Origin: Octopus sinensis
Taxonomy: Eukaryota
DNA: 64,000 bases
Assembly: GCF_006345805.1 (NCBI RefSeq)
Contig: NC_043010.1
Span: 6,324,001-6,388,000 of the forward strand
Direction of reading: 5' to 3'
The notes under the pieces are model-generated. The model ran no database searches. It was not told the DNA's origin and saw only the letters and a program-made list of their open reading frames with translations. This document shows, piece after piece, positions 40,011-53,409 of this stretch. The position numbers and the translations under genes are program-made. Within the stretch, counting starts at the first letter, position 1. Each line of letters starts with the position of its first letter.

Positions 40011-40829
40011 CAGGATGAATGCGAGGACAAGAACGAGGATGGTAGGCGCGGATGGAGAGAAAAACCAAAGGAATGTTACAGTAGATATAAAATGAATGAA
40101 AAGGTAAAAATGAATATTAAATTTATAATCTTCGCTTCGTATCATTATTCACTTTATACTAAAAAAAGAAAACAAAAAACAAAAACAAAGGAAAAAATAT
40201 GCTCTCTTTCTGCTTTGCTCTTTTGTTTTTTGTTTTTGTTATTTTGTTTTTTTGTTTCATAAGCTTATCACTTCAAAGTTCATTAAAAGAGATTTTCTGG
40301 GTCAATAAAGGAAGTCTCAACTGTTTGACGGAATTGAACTTGCCAATTTTTCAGTTCTACATTTGAATATTGATTTAAAACTACATTGAAATATTGTGAA
40401 AACTATTTTCTTTTTAGTTTACTACTGTAAAAAATGTTTTTTTTAAAAATATGGTAAATTATGTTTTATATTCCAGCCTTGAAATTAGATACGTCTAAAA
40501 CTCTTTAGAGGCTTCCATGTACATTTTTATCTTAATTTATTCCAAAATTCTATTTTCACTTTCTGTTTATGTATTTCATTAATATTATTATTATATTTAT
40601 TAATTTATATGATTTTTTTTTTTTTGTTTTTGCTTTTGCTTTCCTGCTGAAAATTCCGAAGTGTTACAAGAGAATTTTTCTGATAAAAGACATTGTAAGG
40701 GTATGTAGAATTATTAAAGAATTATTATTTTAGGCAGTAAATGGCCTGACAGTTAAATAGAAGAACAACCATAATTTCTTGAACAAAATCAGCCAAGATA
40801 AGAAAAATAGCTGGGAAACACATGGACAC

Positions 40830-41395
40830 AAAAGACCATATAACATCATCATCATCATCATCATCATCATCCTCATTACTATCTTCACCACCACACCACC
40901 ACAACCTTCCTACTCAGCATCTTCATTACCACCACCACCACAACTTCAACAACAACAACAACAACAATAGCGATAACATTCCTCCTTAACATTAATGTTA
41001 TTACCACTACCACTACCACCACCACCACCACCAACACCACCAATGCCACCACTAGCAGCAGCAGCACCACCACCAACAACAACACCACCACTATCACCAA
41101 TACTACCACCACCACCACCATCACTATCACCAACACCACCACCACTATCACCAACACCACCACCACTATCACCAATACCACCACCACCACCGCCACCAAC
41201 ACCACCACCACCACCACCACCACCATCACTATCACTATCACTGCCACCACGACCACGACCACGACCACGACCACCAACACCAACACAACCACCACTACCA
41301 CCACCACCACAACAACAATCCTCATCATCAATATCATTAACCCTCCCACTGTGATCATCATCATCATCATCATTATCACTATCACCACCACTACC
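40830..41395. repeat. (ACC/CAT)n low-complexity array
   Basis: Directly visible. Confidence 0.93.
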
Positions 41396-41646
41396 ACATG
41401 GTTGAGAGGCAAGTTTCTCAATTATATGGCTCTGGGTTCAGTCCCATTATGTGCAATCATGAGCAAGTGTCTTAATTGTCTTCTGCTATACGAGGGGGTA
41501 CCCAAAAGTAACCAGAAACATTCTCTGTGGAACAAACCCACTGTAGTTCAGGCTTCTGCCACTAGAAGCCACACATGTATAATCCACTGAATAATACTTT
41601 GGAATTATTGTCAATTTGATTGACATTTAAAACAAATACATGTATG

Positions 41647-41701
<55 letters not shown>

Positions 41702-41879
41702 CTTTATTTAAAGAAGCAGAAAATTCAACAAAACCTGTGTTACTCTGAGTTTCACGTTGCCGTTCATTGGACAGTTTTTGCTGTTGAATTTTCTGCTGCT
41801 TTAAATAAAGCATATTACTCTACCAATGGTATTTGAGTACTCTTTTTTCTACCTTGTTTCACATTTATGTGTTTACTCC

Positions 41880-41882
<3 letters not shown>
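41702..41882 (-). mobile_element. Family H2 element with a hammerhead-like core closed by a long stem I
   Basis: Inverted arms 41702-41730/41782-41810; minus strand reads UGU CCAAUGA ACG GCAA CGU GAAAC UCAGA GUA ACA. Confidence 0.75.
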
Positions 41883-41913
<31 letters not shown>

Positions 41914-41916
<3 letters not shown>

Positions 41917-42028
41917 AGATTTTACGAAAATAAACAAAAGACGAAGGCAGGTGGAGTACAAACAAACAAATGTATTAGTATAGCGCTCAGGAATAGAAAA
42001 AGTCTTTTACGTTTCGAGCCTATGCTCT
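41914..42028 (-). mobile_element. Family H1 copy truncated inside stem II of the ribozyme motif
   Basis: Matches 11293-11406 up to cgagcctatgctct, then TA. Confidence 0.85.
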
Positions 42029-42077
42029 ATATACACACGCACATACATATATGCAAAGACTGACATGAAAATATATG

Positions 42078-42117
<40 letters not shown>

Positions 42118-42363
42118 TATGTATGTATATTGGCCTGCTCGCTTAGCCAGCGGGGTGGCGTCATTCAAAGGCTAAAGCAATGTGAACACATTGTGACCAG
42201 CGATGTGTAACAACATCTGATGGTCTGGTTGGTCACGTGATCACTTGATATATGTATATAAATTTAAAATAGGATAAAATCTTTATAAGAATTTATGAAG
42301 TCGTCAGCATGAAAACCTAATAAGGGAAAAATTTACAATGATTCCCTTTAAATATATTTATTT

Positions 42364-42528
42364 ACATTAAGGGCATTACTACACGCAAATGCCTCATCCC
42401 ATGAGGGTCTCTTAAAGTCAAAACTACCATAATAAATACACAATGTACCAAACTGTGCATTATATATGGTAGTTTTGACTTTAAGAGTCCCTCATAGCAT
42501 GAGGCATTTACAGGTAGTAATGTCCTTA

Positions 42529-42532
<4 letters not shown>
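42364..42532. mobile_element. Foldback/MITE-like hairpin element
   Basis: About 67-bp imperfect inverted arms (42364-42430 / 42466-42532), TA-flanked. Confidence 0.85.
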
Positions 42533-42599
<67 letters not shown>

Positions 42600-43283
42600 A
42601 TATATTATTATGTATATATATACATGCATGCATGCATATATGTAGTTATATGTACATGCACAGGAAGCAAGAGAACAATGGTCTAGCTCAAACTAGTCAA
42701 GCAGCCTGTATTTTATTGTCTGTAAATCCTTTTAAAAACCAGAAATAATAAGAATGCATGAGACGTCCACCGCAAATTTCTTTTAACCCTTTGATGAATC
42801 TATTTCTAAAGAACAGAATTGACTGTTATTGTGTTTTGATTAGTTTCCGATACAATCAAAGTTTTGTAGCAGTTTAGTAAAATGTCTTTAACAATAGACA
42901 TTGGCTTATGCTATCTTGATTGACTTAAACACCCATGTTATTATATTTCATGAAGCAATGAGAGAGAGAGAGAGAGAGCCTGTATGTGGTTATTGAATAG
43001 CTAGAAATAGCAGCTAAATTCCCCCACCACCACCACCGCCACCACCAACCTGCCATAAATCACACTCTACCACCTCAATGAGGAAAGATACATTTGATGT
43101 TGATACCCATGGGGATAATAATTATGGGGATAACCATAATCATGGAGATATATTGAAGATCATGTTTTTCCAATCAAGGGACACTTAGGATGATAACATG
43201 ATCATTACCATGCTTATTGTTGTTGTCATTGGTGTGATGTCATCGTCATCGTTGTTGTTGTTTTTTTTTTGTCATTCATGTTA

Positions 43284-43539
43284 TTTTAATCATTGTCATT
43301 AATATCTATTTCTTTATTACCCACAAGGGACTAAACATAGAGGAAACAAACAAGGACAGGCAGACGGATTAAGTCGATTATATCGACCCCAGTGCGCATC
43401 TGGTGCTTAATTTATCGACCCCGAAAGGATGAAAGGCAAAGTCGACCTCGGCGGAATTGGAACTCAGAACGTAACGGTAGACGAAATACGGCTACGCATT
43501 TCGCCCGGCGTGCTAACGATTCTGCCAGCTCGCTGCCTT
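43284..43539 (-). mobile_element. SINE family D
   Basis: Reverse complement of 16061-16294. Confidence 0.88.
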
Positions 43540-43833
43540 TGTCATTAATATCGTCATCATCATCATCATCATCATTATCATCATCACCATTGTCATTTAT
43601 GCTTTCATGAAATTTTTACGAAGACGGTGATTTCAAAAGGATTAGTTTCATATGAGTTACCCTAAGTGATTTCAGGTAGTTTGGTATTTATTAAAAGAGC
43701 TTAACTAACAAATATTTTTAATCAATTCCTCTGTATTATACTACAAGTTTCTCCGTTGATTCTACTTTATAATTTAGCAGATATCTTTTATACATTTCCT
43801 TCAACATAAAGCTATATTTTTGTTTTACAAACA

Positions 43834-44233
43834 AGGCGCTGGAGTGGCTGTGTGGTAAGTAGCTTGTTTACAAACCACATGGTTCCGGGTTCAGTCCCAC
43901 TGCATGGCACCTTGAGCAAGTGTCTTCTACTATAGCCTTGGGCCAACCAAAGCCTTGTGAGTGGATTTGGTAGATGGAAACTGAAAGAAGCCTGTCGTAT
44001 ATATGTATATATATATATGCGTGTGTGTGTTTGTGTGTCTGTGTTTGTCCCCCAGGCATTGCTTGACAACCGATGCTGGTGTGTTTACGTCCCCGTTACT
44101 TAGCGGTTCGACAAAAGAGACCGATAGAATAAGTACTGGGCTTACAAAAGAATAAGTCCCGGGGTCGAGTTGCTTGACTAAAGACGGTGCTCCATCATGG
44201 CCGCAATCAAACGACTGAAACAAGTAAAAGAGT
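43834..44233 (+). mobile_element. tRNA-derived SINE (family A)
   Basis: Matches 14218-14673. Confidence 0.92.
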
Positions 44234-45319
44234 AAGTCAGCTGAAAGATCTCATGTATATCTATCAGGATTTACAGATCATTATCTTCGTGCGAAAGACA
44301 AAGGAAATGTTCTGAAAATAAATATTTCTAATAAATATACATGACTGACCGTTTCTCTACTACCTCTACTCGAAAAATATCGAACCTTTGCAGCTTATCT
44401 TATTTATCATTTCCTGTGACTGATATTTTAATAAATGGATGCATATGTATTGGCAATATCGATGAGGAATGACAGTACATTTAGTCAGACATGAAAGGTT
44501 GATCTACTGCTATATGGAAGATGTCATGCAGATAATATTCCTGTTATATAAAATGGAAACACCTGCCTTATATAAAAAAAATTTTTTTATATATTTCTTT
44601 TTATGTATTTTTATGTATTTACACTAATTAACTAGTGCATTTATCATACGTTATTTGAATGCATCGTTAAAGCAATCAGTTCAAAGTAGTGCATTAAGTG
44701 AGCAGATTAATCGACTGGAAATCCTTTTATCCTTCTTGATTACATGACAACATTAAAAGGGTTCTAACGATTATATTGCGTACTTAAGCGTGTTGTTGTA
44801 TGTATTTGTGTATGTTTGTAAACTTTAGATGTCGCTGATTAAATTGAAACTTTCCACGATATTTCCATGAAATTTACTTTTACAAAATTTTTCCTGATCA
44901 AGCTATAATTAATATGAGTCTTTAGATTCCTCTGATACCAATGACCTAACCAATATTCCTTCCAAGTAGTCTAAGTAATAAAGCTTCCAAATTGCCTGCT
45001 ACATTACTCGATTCGAGTTTCTGCAGCTTCCTTCCATCCAAATATACAGAATAGAAGAAGATGAGGCTGATGTTTACTATATGCCAGACATAATCCGATG
45101 ATAAACCATTTTGAAGAAGACCAATTTAAATCAAATATAATCTCAAATAAATCCAGTTTTCTTTTTTATGAGTCACAAAGGTCCTGTATTTCAGAAGAAT
45201 TCGGAAGTAGGATAACCCTAATGTCAATACTTTTCCCAGGTGTATATGAAAGATGACAGCTATGCAGGAGAGGACTTGTACTACCTGTGTAAGCATAGCA
45301 AGAGCAAAAAAAATTCTGA

Positions 45320-45750
45320 TTATGGTGACAGTGATAACAAGAGTGATGATAATGACGATGATGATGATGATGGTGATGAGGATGATGATGACAATGATGA
45401 TGATGGCGATGACAACAATGACGATGGCGACGATGATGATGATGATGACGATGACGGTGACGCTGATGATGATGATGACAACGGTGATGAAAATAGTGAT
45501 GTGGTGATGATGATTGTGGTGATGACGATGATGATGATAAGGATGATGATGAGGATGATGATGACAACGATGATGATGACGGCGATGACAACAATGACGA
45601 TGGCGATGATGACGATGATGACGACGACAATGATGATGATGACAACAGTGATGAATATAGTGACGGTGGCCATGATGATTGTGGTGATGACGACGATGAT
45701 GATGAGGATGATGAGGATGATGATGATGATGATGACAATAATGTGATGAT
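45320..45750. repeat. (GAT/GAC)n compound array
   Basis: Directly visible. Confidence 0.95.
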
Positions 45751-46340
45751 AATGTGGTGAATTGGCAAAGTCATAAAAACCATAGATAAAACGCCTCATA
45801 TTATTCCTTCTGGATCTCTGCACACAGATTTCAAATCTTGCCAAGGTCATTTTGCTTTCCATTCTTTAGGGATTGGGGAAAAAAAAATTATAGTGCCAAT
45901 CCATGGTAGTGGACTGGTGGAACTCTTATGGATGCCTTGTAATATTTGTTTCAGTACTTTATCTTTGAGTTCAAACCCCAGATTGGCTTACATGGCTGAT
46001 GCCTAGTTTCACTTTACCTCACCAATCTTTGGTATTTTTAACAGGGTTCACACTGTTGCAAGTATTTGAATCAGGCTCCAGTTTGAGAGAATGCTCTTTA
46101 AAGGAGCAGGGTCATCCCTTACTTTTCTGAATAAAATATAAAAAAAAACAAAAACGTGTAACCTAACTGGAGGGGGGGTCTGTGGAATAGAATGACCACG
46201 GAAACTATGGATGGGAAGAAGGACCCATGAGGGAAAGCAAATCTCAGAATGCTGAATCTCACAAAAGGAAAGAAGAAAGGATTGAAACAAGCAGCAAGGT
46301 CTTTGAACTGGCAAAGACCCATCCAGCCCATGTATGTATA

Positions 46341-46759
46341 CTCTCTCTCTTTTTACTCTCTTTTACTTGTTACAGTCTTTTGACTGTGGCTATGCTGGAG
46401 CACCACCTTTAGTCGAGCAAATCGACCCCAGGACTTATTCTTTGTAAGCCTAATACTTATTCTATCGTTCTATTTTGTCGAGCTGCTAAGTTAAGGGGAT
46501 GTAAACACACCAGCATCGGTTGTCAAGCGATGTTGGTGGGGGGACAAGCATAGTCACACAAACACACACATACACACACACATATACATATATACGATGG
46601 GCTTCTTTTCAGTTTCCGTCTACCAAATCCGCTCCCAAGGCTTTGGTCGGCCCGAGGCTATAGTAGAAGACACCTGCCCAAGGTGCCACGCAGTAGGACT
46701 GAACATGGAACCATGCGGTTGGTAAGCAAGCTACTTACCACACAGCCACTCCTGCACCT
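46341..46759 (-). mobile_element. tRNA-derived SINE (family A)
   Basis: Reverse complement of family A. Confidence 0.9.
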
Positions 46760-47289
46760 AAAAGAAATGGATGCAAAATTATGATGATGATGATGATGAT
46801 GATGATGTGGTTATGATGATGATGATGATAGCAGTGGTGGTGGTGGTGGTGGTGGTGATTTTTACCGATACAAAGGAAAAGTGTCAAGTGGGAATGGCAA
46901 TTAATTCATAGATTCATTGGACTTAACAGCTTTCTTTATACATTGATTAGTGCAGTAAATACAATAGGGTGACTAGAAATTCCCTCATCCTTTTTGTATT
47001 ATTATATTCTAAAAATCTGGTATTCGCAAACCACGTATTAGACGCATACAATGCATGCACATGACACCGAGTGCATTACCAGAGTCGGCATCGGTTGGCA
47101 TGGAATCATGCTAGGGAGATGAACACCTTCCAAATGTCATGATTGTTTATGTTCTTCTTTGTTTTTAGATAGATAAATTAAGATTTACTTGAGCTTTTAC
47201 ATCGATATGAGAACAAAAGAAAGGCATAAGTTGGTGTAGTTGTAGTTGTAGTAATAATATCAGGACAGGTGAATTGATATGTTGTGTGC

Positions 47290-47480
47290 AGGAAGAGAGA
47301 TGAAAAGATACTGTCATCAAGTTTGATTACAGGAAATGATCTTACTGATAAGTTCTTCTGGAAAAGAAGCGCCGGTATTGAAGGGGTTGGGTGGTGGCTG
47401 TTAGATGTTGTCATGTTGTTGGCAGAAAGAGATGGACAGAGTAGACATTTCATAGAAAACGTGATCGAAAACTGGTTAAA
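47290..47480 (+). pseudogene. RTE-type LINE apurinic-endonuclease remnant
   Basis: ORF 47284-47484 contains SLITGNDLTDKFFWKRSAGIEGVG...LLAE, resembling the LITG...KFFW.G...G.GGVG.LLAE segment of RTE endonucleases. Confidence 0.55.
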
Positions 47481-47668
47481 TTAGCTGTGTAGCCAATGTA
47501 TCTGTAACGTTAGTGTCTGCAACATACTACTTCTGTTGTTGTTTTTAACACCAAATGGAATCTAGTTAAGCAGAGCTATGATCAAAGGTATTTCATCCAT
47601 GGCCATCTCTTCGTTTTTTTCTTCAACAGACATAGTGCACCACATGTTACAATAAATATATTTTTCAC

Positions 47669-48031
47669 TGGAGTGGCAGTGTGGTAAGTAGCTTGCTTAC
47701 CAACCACATGGTTTCAGGTTCAGTCCCACTGCATGGCACCTTGGGCAAGTGTCTTCTACTAAAGCCTTGGGCCAACCAAAGCCTTGTGAGTGGATTTGGT
47801 AGACACGGAAACTTAAAGAAGCCCATCGTATATATGTATATGTATATATATGTGTGTGTGTGTTTGTATGTCTTGACAACCGATGCTGGTGTCCCTGTAA
47901 CTTAGCGGTTCAGCAAAAGAGACCCATAGAATAAGTACTAGGCTTACAAAGAATAAGTCCTGGGGTCAATTTGTTTGACTAAAGACGGTGCTCCAGCATG
48001 GCCGCAGTCAAATGACTGAAACAAGTAAAAG
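47669..48031 (+). mobile_element. tRNA-derived SINE (family A)
   Basis: Matches family A with a small internal deletion. Confidence 0.9.
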
Positions 48032-48230
48032 TGTTTAAGAGTAGAGTTGTTTTCTTATTGAATTTTCACTTTAACCACATAACACTACACAAATAATAAT
48101 TTCATATAAGTTGTATGCATGATATTGTTATTTAAATCTTTTATCTTTTATCTTTTATTGGCCATGCTGGGACACCACAGTAAAAGTTTTAGTCAGGCAA
48201 ATTAACCCCAGTACTTATTTTATGTTTTAA

Positions 48231-48451
48231 CCCTTTCATTACCAACCTGGCTGAAACTGGCTCTGACTCTGTAGTACAAATGTCTTATTTTCATAAGTTT
48301 TGAATTAAAATCTTCCACCAAACCTTAGTCACAATTTATGTTCCTAACACTAGCTTAATGATAACTAAGTTATTTAACTAAATTCTTTGCTATATTTAAA
48401 ATAATTGAAAGAAACACAGAACATCTCAAAATAAATACAGTAACAAAAGGG
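48231..48451. mobile_element. piggyBac-type MITE inserted into an old family A SINE
   Basis: TTAA (48227-30) ccctttcattac ... gtaacaaaaggg TTAA (48452-55); SINE sequence continues on both sides. Confidence 0.85.
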
Positions 48452-48573
48452 TTAAAGTCTAGAACTTATTCTATTGGTCACTTCTGCCAAACCGCTAAGT
48501 TATAGTGAAAAAACAAACCAACTCTAGTTGTCAAGTGGTGGTAGAGTACAAATGCAACACAAATACAATAATG

Positions 48574-48604
<31 letters not shown>

Positions 48605-48609
48605 ACATA

Positions 48610-48808
48610 GGGAGAGTTTACGAAAACAACAAGAAATGAAGACAGGTGGTGTACAAAACAAGCAGATGTATTAGTATAACGCTCAGGAATAGAAAAAGTC
48701 TTTTACGTTTCGAGCCTATGCTCTTCTACAGAAAGGGACACAGAAAAAAACAAGGAGAGAAACAAGGAGAGAAAAAAAATGTGTGTAGTGGCTACTGATC
48801 TATCATGG
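48610..48808 (-). mobile_element. Family H1 element
   Basis: 48700-48735 is identical to the 36-nt ribozyme motif at 11383-11418. Confidence 0.85.
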
Positions 48809-48907
48809 CATATGTATATACATATATATACAGAATAATGTATATACACTCTACAAATCTATCAAGTAATCCTTAAGGGTGATGTAAAATTGATTTTATT
48901 ATAACTT

Positions 48908-48938
<31 letters not shown>

Positions 48939-48939
48939 G

Positions 48940-49047
48940 CACTTTGTTTATCTTAATTTTGAAAAAACATGGGTCATCCTATAAATAATGTCTTTTTATA
49001 AAAAAAGAATTATTTATGGAATGACCCAATACATATGCACACACACA

Positions 49048-49091
<44 letters not shown>

Positions 49092-49210
49092 TACAAACAA
49101 ACACACTTTGTTTATCATAATTTTGAAAAAACATGGGTCATCCTATAAATAATGTCTTTTATAAAAAAAGAATTATTTATGGGATGACCCAATATATATG
49201 CACACACAGA

Positions 49211-49251
<41 letters not shown>

Positions 49252-49371
49252 GCACTTTGTTTATCTTAATTTTGAAAAAACATGGGTCATCCTATAAATA
49301 ATGTCTTTTTATAAAAAAAGAATTATTTATGGAATGACCCAATACATATGCACACACATACACACACACGC

Positions 49372-49406
<35 letters not shown>

Positions 49407-49543
49407 CAAACAAACACACTTTGTTTATCTTAATTTTGAAAAAACATGGGTCATCCTATAAATAATGTCTTTTATAAAAAAAGAATTATTTATGGGATGA
49501 CCCAATATATATGCACAAACACACACACACACATGCACACGCA

Positions 49544-49590
<47 letters not shown>
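48940..49590. repeat. Tandem array of four palindromic units separated by (CA)n
   Basis: Palindromes at 48970-49028, 49134-49191, 49283-49341 and 49447-49504; periods 164, 149, 164 bp. Confidence 0.92.
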
Positions 49591-49592
<2 letters not shown>

Positions 49593-49775
49593 TGTATACA
49601 ATGATACAATGGCATTCCTGAGAGTCTCTGTCCACCAAATTCATTCCCAGGTATTGGTCAGCCTGAGGCTACAACAGAAGACACTTGCTCAAATTGCTAT
49701 GCAGTGAGACATGTAATTTTAATTTTCTTAGATGTTTATGTTGCCGTTATTGTCACTACATTCAGTAATATTCTA

Positions 49776-50179
49776 CTCTCTCTTTTACTCTTTTACTTGT
49801 TTCAGTCATTTGACTGCGGCCATGCTGGAGCACCGCCTTTAGTTGAGCAAATCGACCCGGGACTTATTCTTTGTAAGCCCAGTACTTATTCTATCGGTCT
49901 TTTTTTCCGAACTGCTAAGTGATGGGGACGTAAACACACCAGCATCGGTTGTCAAGCAATGCTATGGAGACAAACACAGACACACAAACACACACATACA
50001 TATACATATATATACGTATATACGACAGGCTTCTTTCAGTTTCCGTCTACCAAATCCACTCACAAGGCATTGGTCGGCCCGGGGCTATAGCAGAAGACAC
50101 TTGCCTAAGATGCCATGCAGTGGGACTGAACCCGGAACCATGTGGCTGGTTAGCAAGCTACTTATCACACAGCCACGCC
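49776..50179 (-). mobile_element. tRNA-derived SINE (family A)
   Basis: Reverse complement of family A. Confidence 0.92.
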
Positions 50180-50747
50180 ATAGGATTTATGGTTTATGAG
50201 TGATATTAATGTAAACAATTTTACTAAGGATTCTGCTTGGTCTGGTACAAGAGAAGATCCATAGCGTGTAGATGGGAGGGGGAGGGGCTTAATAGTATGA
50301 TTTACTGCACTAAGTGACACCAACCCGTAGTGACGTCACTGGGTGACTTAGAGTAGAAGGCACAATGACGGCTAACAAAGAAGACACAACGTTTCTGGCT
50401 ACAGCATAAATTGAAGAGATTGGATAATGCCAATAATTTTACTATTTGTTCAAGAAACTTCGGAAAGCCATTTAAGCAATTAGTTATATTCCAGTCATGT
50501 TGGATTGAAAGCAAATATTACTTTGACAGACAAATGTTTAAATTAACAAAGTATACCCATAAAGAGAACAGTACACTTCAGTATATTAGTGAGACGTAAG
50601 TTTAAAAGTATGAGCGAGAACTAAGAGGCAACAGTAATTAAGTGAGCCTGATTTTCACAGTGAGACTAAATACATATTTATACGAAATCATACATTTATT
50701 TATTTATTTATTCTTCTATTCATTTATTTATAACCTATACTGTAAAT

Positions 50748-51327
50748 GTGGAGGTGCATGGCTTAGTGGTTAGGGTGTCAGCATCATGATCGTAAGATTG
50801 TGGTTTCGATTCCTGGACTGGGCAACGCGTTATGCTCTTGAGCAAAACACTTCATTCATGTTGCTCCAGTCCACTCAGCTGGCAAAAATGAGTAACGCTG
50901 CGATGGACTGGCGTCCCGTCCAGCTGGGGAACACATACGCCACAGAAACCGGGAAACCGGGCCCATGTGCCTGGCTAAGCTTTAAAAAGGGTGTGTGCCG
51001 ATGGCACTTAAAAAGCACCATCTGGACGTGGCCGATGCCAGCGTCACCTTGAGTGGCTTCTGTGCCAGTGGCATGTAAAAAGCACCTACCGATCATGGCC
51101 GCTACCAGCCTCACCTGGCACCTGTGCCGATGGCATGTAAAAAGCACCCACTACACTCACGGAGTGGTTGGTGTTAGGAAGGGCATCCAGCTGTAGAAAC
51201 TCTGCCAGATCAGACTGGAGCCTGGTGCAACCTCCTGGCTTCTCAGACCCCGGTCGAACCGTCCAACCCGTGCTAGTACGGAAAATGGACGTTAAACGAT
51301 GATGATGATGATGATGATGATGATGAC
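50748..51327 (+). mobile_element. SINE family B variant followed by a LINE-tail family copy
   Basis: tRNA head at 50748; switch to the aaaagcacc repeat family near 50995; (GAT)n tail. Confidence 0.82.
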
Positions 51328-51559
51328 AATGAATGGCAAATTGGTACTCATTAGCCTTCCAGGAAAGCTTCATCATTGTGTTTATTTTGACTGTCAGCAC
51401 TCTGAGTTCAAATCATGCCAAAATCAATCTTGTCTTTCCCTCTTCTGGAATTGATAAAATGTACCAAACCAGGATTGTGGGTTATAGGAACTGTAAACAA
51501 CATCTATTTGGCTGTCATATTCATGTTTATAATTGACTGAGTGTATAATCTATCTTTTA

Positions 51560-51975
51560 AATATTACTTGTTTCAGTCATCGGACTGCAGTCATACTGGA
51601 GCACTACCTTAAAGAGCTGTAGTCAAGCAAATTGACCCCAGTACTTTATTTCTTAAGATCTGCTACTTACCTATTCCATCGGTCTTTTTTGTTGAACTGC
51701 TATGTTACAGGGATATAAACAAACACCAACTGTCAAGCAATGGTGAGGAACCAACATGAATACAAACATGCAAGCTCACACTCACATGCACACACACTCA
51801 CACACAGACACACACACATTTACAATGGGGTTTCACACAGTTTTCACCTTCCAAATTCACTTGCAAGGGGTTGGTCAGCCTGGAACTATAGTAGAAGACA
51901 CATGCCTAAGGTGGCATGCTGTGGGACTGAAACCCACACCATGTGGCTGCAAAATGAGCATCTTAACCACACAGC
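51560..51975 (-). mobile_element. Diverged SINE family A
   Basis: Degenerate match along its full length. Confidence 0.75.
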
Positions 51976-52174
51976 CATGTCTACATGGATGAAACAGTGG
52001 AATCACAAGCAATTGTGTACTGACTTCTTTTAGTACTGCTGATGGTTAAAAAGTCCTCTTCAAAATCGCAAGGTTCCAGATTTGATCTTACTGCATAACA
52101 TCGTGGGCAAGTGTTATTTCTTCAGCCTTGACTTGATCCATATTATGTGAATAAAATTAGACAAAAAACAAAAA

Positions 52175-52468
52175 AAAACATTCGAGTGAGGTCGTGCCAG
52201 TGCCGCTGGACTGGCTCTTGTGCAGGTGGCACATAAAAAGCACCATTTGAGCATGGCCGTTGCCAGTACCGCCTGAATGGCCCTCATGCCGGTGGCACAT
52301 AAAGGCATCCAGTACACTCTCGGAGTGGTTAGTGTTATGAAGGGCATCCAGCTGTAGAAAATCTGCCAGATCAGACTGGAGCCTGGTGCAGCCATCTGGT
52401 TCGCCAGACCTCAGTCAAATCGTCCCACCCATGCTAGCATGGAAAGCGGATGTTAAACGATGAACGAT
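52175..52468 (+). mobile_element. LINE-tail/SINE repeat family copy
   Basis: Same family as 15520-16058. Confidence 0.85.
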
Positions 52469-53409
52469 GAGAAACTGCTTAAAAGCTTGTCAGATGGATT
52501 TTAATTCTAATTCAAAGATCCAGCCTCATTACACTATACCATACTGATTCCCTCTGGGAATTACATAAAGGCTACATATGCCAGTTCAATACTCAGCTGC
52601 TTACATTATAACTCAATGAGTTTGGTACTTAAGTTGATCAAACAACTGAAAACACATGGCTGGAAATTCTGACCATGATCCACATATAATTAGTCTGTTA
52701 ACTGGTTAAAATTTATGGAACAACAAACAATTGAGTAACGGTTCTGTTTTATATAAAGAGTTTCATTAAGCAATAATATTCCTAGAAATATATAAATTCA
52801 TTTGTTTTTTCATTGATAGTGAAGGGAACTGGATAAAGAAGTATCATTATGATTATAAGAGGTTTTGGAGTGGAATAAAGAAATTTTACTCTTTCGGGAG
52901 TAAGTAAGGGAATGGGTTGTTGATATTGGATATGAGCAAGTTAAGTCAAATTTGAAGAATTTCAGTGACAGTGTTTAAAGACGTGAAAAAGGTATTTGAG
53001 TATGACAAGTCATTCATTGAGTGCAGAACATTAATTTCCATTATTGGTAGAACATCTACATTGATTTCTGATATTATTACAACGTTCACATATATGGTGG
53101 ATGGTGTGGATACAGTCAATTAAATCAATCCCAGTTCTTGGGGACTACTTTATTTTATTGACTCCAGAATTATGATGAAAGACAAGTTTGACCTCCGTGG
53201 GATTTGAACTCAGAACATAAAGGGCAATAGCTAAATACCAATGGCCTTTCGTTTGACACTTTAATGATTCTGCCAATCCAATGCACTCTCATAGAATCAA
53301 TAGTATTGACTAATATAAAGTAAAATACACTAATAAGGGGCAAAATAGAGGAAAATTTTAGCTAATTAATTATAGATTGAGAGTCAAAATGAAGTTAGTA
53401 ACGGACAGA

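Noticed and set aside
48940-49590. CRISPR array
   Set aside because: The spacers are (CA)n plus a constant 30-bp block rather than unique sequences, the repeats are about 59 bp, there are no cas genes and the context is eukaryotic.
50329-50340. Palindromic CRE-like site AGTGACGTCACT
   Set aside because: A single 8-12-bp motif in 64 kb with no supported promoter or gene nearby is not informative.
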